This document shows positions 49,501 through 61,500 of a DNA stretch of 64,000 nt, piece after piece. The stretch is from Eledone cirrhosa (Eukaryota). A model generated the notes under the pieces. It had not been told where the DNA came from. It did not search any database and saw only the letters and a list, made by a program, of their open reading frames with translations. A program made the position numbers and the translations under genes. Where the stretch lies: the NCBI GenBank assembly GCA_964016885.1, contig OZ024740.1, positions 36,766,001-36,830,000 on the forward strand, given 5' to 3'. Numbering within the stretch: the stretch's first letter is position 1; each line of letters begins with the position of its first letter.

Positions 49501-52500
49501 GGTAAGGTTATATACAGAAACCTCAACTGTCATTACATTGAGATTTATGTGGGTAAAATTAGACATGGAAACCTCAATTGTCATTACATTGAGCTTATAG
49601 TGGGTAAAGTTAGACATAGATACTTCAATTGCCATTACATTGAGCTTGGTGTGGGTAAAGTTAGACATAGAAACCTCAACTGTCATTACATTGAGGTTAA
49701 TGTGGGTAAAGTTAGACATAGAAACCTCAATTGTCATTTCATTGAGATTTGTGTGGGTAAAGTTAGACATAGAAACCTCAACTGTCATTACATTGAGGTT
49801 GTGTGGGTAAAGTTAGACATAGAAACCTGAACTGTTATTACATTGAGGTTTGTGTAGGTAAGGTTAGACATAGAAACCTCAACTCTCAATACTTTGAGGT
49901 TTGCGTGGGTAGAGTTAGACATAGAAACCTCAACTGTCATTACATTGAGCTATGGGTGGGTAAAGTTACATATAGAAACCTCAACTGTCATTGTATTGAG
50001 GTTTGAGAGGGTAAAGTTAGACATAGAAACATAAACTTTCATTACATTGAGGTTTGTGTGGGTAACATTAGATATAATAACCTTCATTTTCATTACATTT
50101 TCATTCATTTTCATTACATTGTCATTATATTGAGTTTTCTGTGGGTAGAGTTAGAAACCTCACCTGTCATTACATAAAGTATATATAGAATCAAAGTCAT
50201 TACATTGAGGTTTGTGTGGGTAAAGTTAGACATAGAAACCTCAATTGTCATTATATTGAGCTTTGTGTGGGTTAAGTTAGACATAGAAACTCAACTGTCA
50301 TTACATTGAGCTAAGTGTGGGTAAAGTTAGACATAGAAACATCAATTGTCATTACATTGAGATTTGAGTGGGTAAAGTTAGATATAGAAACCTCAACTGT
50401 CATTATATTGAGGTTTGAGAGGGTAAAGTTAGATATAGAAACCTCAACTATCATTTAATTGAGGTTTGTGTGGGTAAAGTTAGACATAGAATCATAAACT
50501 GTCATTACATTGAGGTTTGTGTGGGTAACATTAGATATAATGACCTTCATTTTCATTACATCTTCATTCATTTTCATTACATTGTCATTGTATAGAGTTT
50601 TCTGTGGGTAGAGTTAGAAACCTCACCTGTCATTACATAAAGTAGATATAGAATCAAATTCATTACATTGAGGTTTGTGTGGGTAAAGTTAGACATAGAA
50701 ACCTCAATTGTCATTATATTGAGCTTTGTTTGCGTTAAGTTAGACATAGAACCTCAACTGTCATTACATTGAGCTAAGTGTGGGTAAAGTTAGACATAGA
50801 AACCTCAACCGTCATTACATTGAGCTTTGAGTTGGTAAAGTTAGATATAGAAACCTCACGTGTCATTACATTGAGGTTTGTGTGGGTAAAATTAGATATA
50901 GAAACCACAACGGTCATTGCATTGATGTTTGTGTGGGTAAAATTAGATATGATAAGCTCAATTTTGATTACATTGAGGTTTGTGTGATTAAAGTTAGATA
51001 TAGAAACCTCAACTGTCATTACATTGAGCTTTGTGAGGGTGAAGTTAGACATAGAAACCTCAACTCTCATTACATTGAGCTTTGTGTGGGTAAAGTTAGA
51101 TATAGCAACCTCAAGTGTCATTACATTGAGCTTATAGTTGGTAAAGTTAGATATAGAAACCTCAACTGTCATTACATTGAAGTTTGTGTGGGTAAAGTTA
51201 GACATAGAAACCTCAATTGTCATTACATTGAGGTTTGTGTAGGTAAATTTAGACATAGAAACCTCAACTGTCATTACATTGAGATATGAGTGGGTAAAGT
51301 TAGATATAGAAACATCAACTGTCATTACATTGAAGTTTGAGTGGGTAAAGTTTGACATAGAAACCTCAATTGAGCTTTGTGTGGGTAAAGTTAGACATAG
51401 AAACCTCAACTGTGATTACATTGAGGTTGGTTAATGTGGGTAAAGTTAGACATAGAAACCTCAACTGTCATTACATTGAGGTTTGTGTGGATAAAATTAG
51501 AGATAGAAACCTCAACTGTCAATACATTGAGGTTAATGTGGGTAAAGTTAGACATAGAAACCTCAACTGTCATTACTTGAGGTTTATGTGGGTAAAGTTA
51601 GACATAGAAACCTCAACTGTTATTACATTGAGGTTTGTGTAGGTAAGGTTAGACATAGAAACATCAACTGTCATTACATTGAAGTTTGAGTGTGTAAAGT
51701 TTGACATAGAAACCTCAATTGCCATTACATTGAGCTTTGTGTGGTTAAAGTTAGACATAGAAACCTCAACTGTCATTACATTGAGGTTAATGTGGGTAAA
51801 GTTAGACATAGAAACCTCAACTGTCATTACATTGAGGTGGGTGTGGATAAAATTAGAGATAGAAACCTCAACTGTCAATACATTGAGGTTAATGTGGGTA
51901 AAGTTAGACATGGAAACCTCAATTGTCATTACATTGAGCTTAGTGTGGGTAAAGTTAGACATAGAAACTTCAATTGCCATTACATTGAGCTTTGTGTGGG
52001 TAAAGTTAGACATAGAAAGCTCAACTGTCATTACATTGAGGTTAATGTGGGTAAAGTTAGACATAGAAACCTCAATTGTCATTTCATTGAGATTAGTGTG
52101 GGTAAAGTTAGACATAGAAACCTCAACTGTCATTACATTGAGGTTTATGTGGGTTAAGTTAGACATAGAAACCTCAACTGTTATTACATTGAGGTTTGTG
52201 TAGGTAAGGTTAGATATAGAAACCTCAACTCTCAATACTTTGAGGTTTGCGTGGGTAAAGTTAGACATAGAAACCTCAACTGTCATTACATTGAGCTATG
52301 GGTGGGTAAATTTAGACATAGAAACCTCAACTGTCATTACATTGAGATTTGAGTGGGTAACGTTAGATATAGAAACCTCAACTGTCATTATATTGAGGTT
52401 TGAGAGGGTAAAGTTAGATATAGAAACCTCAACTGTCATTACATTGAGGTTTGTGTGGGTAAAGTTAGACATAGAAACATAAACTGTCATTACATTGAGG

Positions 52501-55500
52501 TTTGTGTGGGTACATTAGATATAATAACCTTCATTTTCATTACATTTTCATTCATTTTCATTACATTGTCATTATATTGAGTTTTCTGTGGGTAGAGTTA
52601 GAAACCACACCTGTCATTACATAAAGTAGATATAGAATCAAAGTCATTACATTGAGGTTTGTGTGGGTAAAGTTAGACATAGAAACCTCAATTGTCTTAT
52701 ATTGAGCATTGTGTGGGTTAAGTTAGACATAGAACCGCAACTGTCATTACATTGAGCTATGTGTGGGAAAGTTAGACATAGAAACCTCAATTGTCATTAC
52801 ATTGAGATTTGAGTGGATAAAGTTAGATATAGAAACCTCAACTGTCATCATATTGAGGTTTGAGAGGGTACAGTTAGATATAGAAACCTCAACTGTCATT
52901 ACATTGAGGTTTGTGTGGGTAAAGATAGACATAGAAACATAAACTGTCATTACATTGAAGTTTGTGTGGGTAACATTAGATATAATGACCTTCTTTTTCA
53001 TTACATTTTCATTCATTTTCATTACATTGTCATTATATTGAGTTTTCTGTGGGTAGAGTTAGAAACCTCACCTGTCAATACATAAAGTAGAAATAGAATC
53101 AAAGTCATTACATTGAGGTTTGTGTGGGTAAAGTTAGACATAGAAACCTCAATTGTCATTATATTGAGCTTTGTGTGGGTTAAGTTAGACATAGAACCTC
53201 AACTGTCATTACATTGAGCTATGTGTGGGTAAAGTTAGACATAGAAACCTCAATTGTCATTACATTGAGATTAGAGTGGGTAAAGTTAGATATAGAAACC
53301 TCAACTGTCATTATATTGAGGTTTGAGAGGGTAAAGTTAGATATAGAATCCTCAACTGTCATTACATTGAGGTTTGTGTGGGTAAAATTAGATATAATAA
53401 CCTCAATTGTCATTACATTGAGGTAAGTGTGGGTAAAGTTAGTCATAGAACTTCAATTGTCATTACATTGAGGTTTGTGTAGGTAAAGTTAGACATGGAA
53501 ACCTCAACTGTCATTACATTAAGCCTTTGAGGGTAAAGTTAGACATAGAACTTCATTTGGCATTGCATTGAGGTTTGTGTGGGTAAAGTTAGACATAGAA
53601 TCCTCAATTGGCATTACATTGAGATTATGTAGGTAACGTTAGACATAGAAACCTCAACTGTCATTACATTGAGCTTTGTGTGGGTAAAGTTATATACAGA
53701 AACCTCAACTGCAATTACATTGAGGTTTGTGTGGGTAAAGTTAGACATAGAAACCTCAATTGTCATTACATTGAGATTTGTGTGGGTAAAGTTAGACATA
53801 GAAACCTCAATTGTCATTACATTGAGCTCTGTGTGGGTAAAGTTAGATATAATATCCACAATTTTCATTACATTGAGTTTTGTGAGGGTAAAATTAGATA
53901 TAATAACTTCAATTGTCATTACATTTAGCTTTGTGTGGGTAAAGTTAGATATAGAAACCTCAACTGCCATTACGTTGAGGTTTGTGTGGGTAAAGTTTGA
54001 CATGGAAACCTCAATGCCATTATATTGAGCTTTGTGAGGGTGAAGTTAGAATAGATACCTCAACTGTCATTACATTGTGGTTAGGGTGGGTAAAGTTAGA
54101 CATAGTAAGCTCAACTGTCATTATATTGAGGTTTGTGTGGGTAAAGTTAGATATAGAATCAAATGTCATTACATTGAGATTTGTGTGGGTAAGTTAGACA
54201 TAGAAACCTCAATTGTCATTACATTGAGGTTTGTGTGGGTAAAGTTAGACATAGAAACCTCAATTGTCATTACATTGAGGTTTGTGTGAGTAAAGTTAGA
54301 CATAGAAACAACAATTGTCATTACAATGAGGTTTCTGTGCGTAAAGTAATACATAGAAAGCTCAACTGTAATTACATTGAGGTTTGTGTGGGTAACGGTA
54401 GACATAGTAACCCTATTGAGTTTTGTGTAGGTGAAGTTAGACATAGAATCAAATGTCATTAAATTGAGGTTTGTGTAGGTAAAGTAAGATATAGAACCTC
54501 AACTGTCATTACATTGTGGTTAGGGAGGGTAAAGTTAGACATAGTAACCTCAACTGTCATTATATTGAGTTTTGTGTGGGTAAAGTTAGATATAGAATCA
54601 AATGTCATTACATTGAGGTTTGTGTGGGTAAAGTTAGACATAGAAACCTCAACTGTCATTACATTGAGCTTTGTGTGGTAAAGTTAGACATAGAAACCTC
54701 AACCGTCATTACATTGAGCTTTGTGTGGGTAACGTTAGATATAGAAACCTCAACTGTCATTATATTGAGCTTTGTGTGGGTTAAGTTAGACATAGAACCT
54801 CAACTGTCATTACATTGAGCTATGTGTGGGTAAAGTTAGACATAGAAACCTCAATTGTCATTACATTGAGATTAGAGTGGGTAAAGTTAGATATAGAAAC
54901 CTCAACTGTCATTATATTGAGGTTTGAGAGGGTAAAGTTAGATATAGAATCCTCAACTGTCATTACATTGAGGTTTGTGTGGGTAAAGTTAGACATAGAA
55001 ACATAAACTGTCATTACATTGAGGTTTGTGTGGGTAACATTAGACATAATAACCTTCATTTTCATTACATTTTCATTCATTTTCATTACATTGTCATTAT
55101 ATTGAGTTTTCTGTGGGTAGAGTTAGAAACCTCACCTGTCATTACATAAAGTAGATATAGAATCAAAGTCATTACATTGAGGTTTGTGTGGGTAAAGTTA
55201 GACATAGAAACCTCAAATGTCATTATATTGAGCATTGTGTGGGTTAAGTTAGACATAGAACCTCAACTGTCATTGCATTAAGCTTAGTGTGGGTACGGTT
55301 AGATATAATACCCTCAATGGTCATTACATTGAGGTTTGTGTGGGTAAAGTTAGATATAGAAACTTCAACTGTCATTACATTGAGGTTTGTGTGGGTAAAG
55401 TTAGATATAGAAACCTCAACTGTCATTACATTGTGGTTTGTGTGGGTAAAGTTATATATAGAAACATAAACTGTCATTACATTGAGATTTGTGTGGGTAA

Positions 55501-58500
55501 AGTTAGACATAGAAACCTCAACTCTCATTACATTGAGGTTTGTGTGGGTAAAGTTAGACGTAGAAACCTCAACTCTAATTACATTGAGGTTTGTGTGGGT
55601 AAAGTTAGACATAGAAACCTCAATTGTCATTACATTGAGATTTGTGTGGGTAAAGTTAGACATATAACCATCAATTGTCATTACATTGAGCTACTGTGGG
55701 TAAAGTTAGACATAGAACCTAAGCTGTCATTACATTGACTTTGTGTGGGTGAAGTTAGACATAGAAACCTCAACTGTCATTACATTGCAGTTTGTGTGGG
55801 TAAAGTTAGATATAGAAACCTCAACTGTCATTACATTGAGGTTTGTGTGGGTAAAGTTAGACATAGAAACATAAACTGTCATTACATTGAGGTTTGTGTG
55901 GGTGAAGTTAGACATAGAAACCTCAACTGTCATTACATTGAGGTTTGTGTGGGTAAAATTAGACATAGAAACCTCAACTGTCATTACATTGACTTTTGTG
56001 TGGGTAAAATTAGATATAATAACCTCAATTTTCATTACATTGAGGTTTGTGTGATTAAAGTTAGACATATAACTTCAATTGTCATTACATTGAGCAATGT
56101 GTCGGTAAAGTTAGATATAGAAACCTCAAGTGTTATTAGATTGAGCTTATAGTGGGTAAAGTTAGATATAGAAATCTCAAACGTTATTACATTGAGGTTT
56201 GTGTGGGTAAAGTTAGACATAGAAACCTCAACTGTCATTAGATTGATCTTATAGTGGGTAATGTTAGATATAGAAACCTCAACTGTCATTACATTGAGGT
56301 TTGTGTAGGTAAAGTTAGACATAGAAACCTCAACTGTCATTATATTGAGATTTGTGTGGGTAAAGTTAGATATAGAAACCTCAACTGTCATTACATTGAG
56401 GTTTGTGTGGGTAAAGTTAGACATAGAAACCTCAATTGCCATTACATTGAGCTTTCTGTGGGTAATGTTAGACATAGAAACCTCAACTGTCGTTATGTTG
56501 AGGTTTGTGTGGGTAAAGTTAGATTTAATAACCTCAAATGTCATTACCATGAGGTTTGTGTGGGTAAAGTTAGATATAATAACCTCAAATGTCATTACAT
56601 TGAGGTTTGTGTGGGTAAAGTTAGACATAGAAACCTCAACTGTCATTACATTGAGCTTTGTGTGGTAAAGTTAGACATAGAAACCTCAACCGTCATTACA
56701 TTGAGCTTTGTGTGGGTAACGTTAGATATAGAAACCTCAACTGTCATTATATTGAGCTTTGTGTGGGTTAAGTTAGACATAGAACCTCAACTGTCATTAC
56801 ATTGAGCTATGTGTGGGTAAAGTTAGACATAGAAACCTCAATTGTCATTACATTGAGATTAGAGTGGGTAAAGTTAGATATAGAAACCTCAACTGTCATT
56901 ATATTGAGGTTTGAGAGGGTAAAGTTAGATATAGAATCCTCAACTGTCATTACATTGAGGTTTGTGTGGGTAAAGTTAGACATAGAAACATAAACTGTCA
57001 TTACATTGAGGTTTGTGTGGGTAACATTAGACATAATAACCTTCATTTTCATTACATTTTCATTCATTTTCATTACATTGTCATTATATTGAGTTTTCTG
57101 TGGGTAGAGTTAGAAACCTCACCTGTCATTACATAAAGTAGATATAGAATCAAAGTCATTACATTGAGGTTTGTGTGGGTAAAGTTAGACATAGAAACCT
57201 CAAATGTCATTATATTGAGCATTGTGTGGGTTAAGTTAGACATAGAACCTCAACTGTCATTGCATTAAGCTTAGTGTGGGTACGGTTAGATATAATACCC
57301 TCAATTGTCATTACATTGAGGTTTGTGTGGGTAAAGTTAGATATAGAAACTTCAACTGTCATTACATTGAGGTTTGTGTGGGTAAAGTTAGATATAGAAA
57401 CCTCAACTGTCATTACATTGTGGTTTGTGTGGGTAAAGTTATATATAGAAACATAAACTGTCATTACATTGAGATTTGTGTGGGTAAAGTTAGACATAGA
57501 AACCTCAACTCTCATTACATTGAGGTTTGTGTGGGTAAAGTTAGACGTAGAAACCTCAACTCTAATTACATTGAGGTTTGTGTGGGTAAAGTTAGACATA
57601 GAAACCTCAATTGTCATTACATTGAGATTTGTGTGGGTAAAGTTAGACATATAACCATCAATTGTCATTACATTGAGCTACTGTGGGTAAAGTTAGACAT
57701 AGAACCTAAGCTGTCATTACATTGACTTTGTGTGGGTGAAGTTAGACATAGAAACCTCAACTGTCATTACATTGCAGTTTGTGTGGGTAAAGTTAGATAT
57801 AGAAACCTCAAGTGTCATTAGATTGAGCTTATAGTGGGTAAAGTTAGATATAGAAACCTCAAACCTCATTACATTGAGGTTTGTATGGGTAAAGTTAGAC
57901 ATAGAAACCTCAATTGTCATTACGTTGAGGTTTCTGTAGGTAAAATTAGACATAGAAACATCAACTGTCATTACATTGAGATTTGTGTGGGTAAAGTTAG
58001 ATATAGAAACATCAACTGTCATTAAATTGAGGTTTGTGTGGGTAATGTTAGACATAGAAACCTCAACTGTCGTTATGTTGAGGTTTGTGTGGGTAAAGTT
58101 AGACATAGAAACCTCAATTGTCATTACATTGACATTAGTGCGGGTACCCTTAGACATAGAAACCTCAACTCTCATTACATTGAGGTTTGTGTGGGTAAAA
58201 TTAGACATAGAAACCTCAACTGTCATTACATTGAGGTTTGTTTGGGTAAAATTAGATATAATAACCTCTATTTTCATTACATTGAGGTATGTGTGGGTAA
58301 AGTTAGATATAGAAATCTCAACTGTCATTACATTGAGGTTTGTGTGGGTAAAGTTAGACATAGAAACCTCAATTGTCGTTACATTGAGGTTTGTGTGGGT
58401 AAAGTTAGACATAGAAACATCAACTGTCATTACATTGAGGTTTGTATGATAAAGTTAGACATAGAAACCTCAACTGTCATTACATTGAGGTTTGTGTGGG

Positions 58501-61500
58501 TAAAGTTAGACATAGAATCAAATGTCATTTCATTGAGATTCGTGTGGGTAATGTTAGACATAGAAACCTCAACTCTCATTATATTGAGCTTGTGTGGGTA
58601 AAGTTAGATATAGAAACCTCAACTGTCATTACAATGAGGTTTGTGTGGGTAAAGTTAGACATAGAAACCTCAACTGTCATTACATTGAGGTTTGTGTCGG
58701 TAAAGTTAGACATAGAAACCTCACCTGTCATTACATCGAGGTTTGTGTGGGTAAAGTTAGACATAGAAACCTCAACTGTCATTACATTGAGGTTTGTGTG
58801 GGTAAAGTTAGACATAGAAACCTCAACTGTCATTACATTGAGGTTTGTGTCGGTAAAGTTAGACATAGAAACCTCAACTGTCATTACATTGAGGTTTGTG
58901 TGGGTAAAGTTAGACATAGAAACCTCATGTGTCATTACATTGAGGTTTGTGTGGGTAAAGTTAGACATAGAAACCTCAACTCTCATTACATTGAGGTTTG
59001 TGTCGGTAAAGTTAGACATAGAATCCTCAACTGTCATTACATTGAGGTTTGTGTGGGTAAAGTTAGACATAGAAACCTCAACTGTCATTACATTGAGGTT
59101 TGTGTGGGTAAAGTTAGACATAGAAACTCAACTGTCATTACATTGAGTTTGGTGGGGGTAAAATTAGACATAGAATCAAATGTCATTACATTTAGGTTTA
59201 TGTGGGTAAAGTTAGACATAGAAAACTCACTCTCATTACATTGAGGTTTGTGTGGGTAAAGTTAGACATAGAAACCTCAATTGTCATTACCTTGAGGTTT
59301 GTATGGGTAAAGTTAGACATAGAAACCTCAATTGTCATTACATTGAGGTTTGTGTCGTTAAAGTTAGACATAGAAACCTCACCTGTCATTACATTGAAGT
59401 TTGTGTGGGTAAAGTTAGACATAGAAACCTAAACTGTCATTACATTGAGGTTTGTGTGGGTAAAGTTACACATAGACACCTCAACTGTCATTATATTGAG
59501 GTTTGTGTCGGTAAAGTTAGACATAGAAACCTCAACTGTCATTACATTGAGGTTTGTGTGGGTAAAGTTAGACATAGAAACCTCATGTGTCATTACATTG
59601 AGGTTTGTGTGGGTAAAGTTAGACATAGAAACCTCAACTGTCATTACATTGAGGTTTGTGTCGGTAAAGTTAGACATAGAATCCTCAACTGTCATTACAT
59701 TGAGGTTTGTGTGGGTAAAGTTAGACATAGAAACCTCAACTGTCATTACATTGAGGTTTGTGTGGGTAAAGTTAGACATAGAAACTCAACTGTCATTACA
59801 TTGAGTTTGGTGGGGGTAAAATTAGACATAGAATCAAATGTCATTACATTTAGGTTTATGTGGGTAAAGTTAGACATAGAAAACTCACTCTCATTACATT
59901 GAGGTTTGTGTGGGTAAAGTTAGACATAGAAACCTCAATTGTCATTACCTTGAGGTTTGTGTGGGTAAAGTTAGACATAGAATCCTCAACTGTCATTACC
60001 TTGAGGTTTGTGTGGGTAAAATTAGATATAATAACCTCAACTGTCATTACGTTGACATTTGTGTGGGTAAAGGGAGACATAGATACCTCAAATGTCATTA
60101 CAGTGAGGTTAATGTGGGTAAAGTTAGACATAGAAAACTCAACTGTCATTACATTGAGGTTTGAGAGCGTAAAATTAGACATAGAAACCTCAACTGGCTA
60201 TTTATTGAGGTTTGTGTGGCTAAAATTAGACATAGAAACCTCAATTGTCATTACATTGAGGTTTGTGTGGGTAAAGTTAGACATAGAACCTCAACTGTCA
60301 TTACATTGAGCTTTGAATGGGTAAAGTTAGACATAGAAACTTCAACTGTCATTACAATGAGGTTTGTGGGGGTAAAGTTAGACATAGAATCAAATGTCAT
60401 TACATTTAGGTTTATCTGGGTAAAGTTAGACATAGAAACCTCAACTGTCGTTATATTGAGGTTTGTGTAGGTAACGTTAGACATAGAAACCTCAATGTAA
60501 TTAAATTGAGATTTGTGTGGGTAAAGTTAGACATAGAAACCTCAAATGTCATTATATTGAGGTTAGTGTGGCTAAAGCTAGACATAGAAAGCTCAACTAT
60601 CATTACGTTCAGATATGTGTGGGTAAAGTTAGACATAGAATCAAATGTCATTACATTGAGGTTTGTGTGGCTAAAGTTAGACACAGAAAGCTCAACTATC
60701 ATTACGTTTAGATTTGTGTGAGTAAAGTTAGACATAGAAACCTCAACTGTCGTTATGTTGAGGTTTGTGTGGGTAAAGTTAGACATAGAAACCTCAATTG
60801 TCATTACATTAACATTAGTGCGGGTACCCTTAGACATAGAAACCTCATCTCTCTTTACATTGAGCTTTGTGTGGGTAAAGTTAGATATAATAACCTCAAA
60901 TGTCATTACCATGAGGTTTGTGTGGGTAAAGTTAGATATAATAACCTCAATTTTCATTACATTGAGCTTTGTGTGGGTAAAGTTAGATATAGAAACCTCA
61001 ACTCTCATGACATTGAGCTTTGTGTGGGTTACGTTAGACATAGAAATCTCAATTGTCATTATATTGCGGTTTCTGTGGGTAAAGTTAGACATAGAAACCT
61101 CAACTGTCATTACATTGAGGTTTGTATGATAAAGTTAGACATAGAAACCTCAACTGTCATTACATTGAGGTTAGTGTGGGTAAAGTTAGACATAGAATCA
61201 AATGTCATTTCATTGAGATTCGTGTGGGTAATGTTAGACATAGAAACCTCAACTGTCATTATATTGAGCTTTGTGTGGGTAAAGTTAGATATAGAAACCT
61301 CAACTGTCATTACATTGAGGTTTGTGTGGGTAAAGTTAGACATAGAAACCTCAACTGTCATTACATTGAGGTTTGTGTCGGTAAAGTTAGACATAGAAAC
61401 CTCACCTGTCATTACATTGAGGTTCGTGTGGGTAAAGTTAGACATAGAAACCTCAACTGTCATTACATTGAGGTTTGTGTGGGTAAAGTTAGACATAGAA

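Noticed and set aside
39750-54530. Scattered TTAGGG hexamers as telomeric repeats
   Set aside because: Single point variants of the 51-bp monomer, never tandem.
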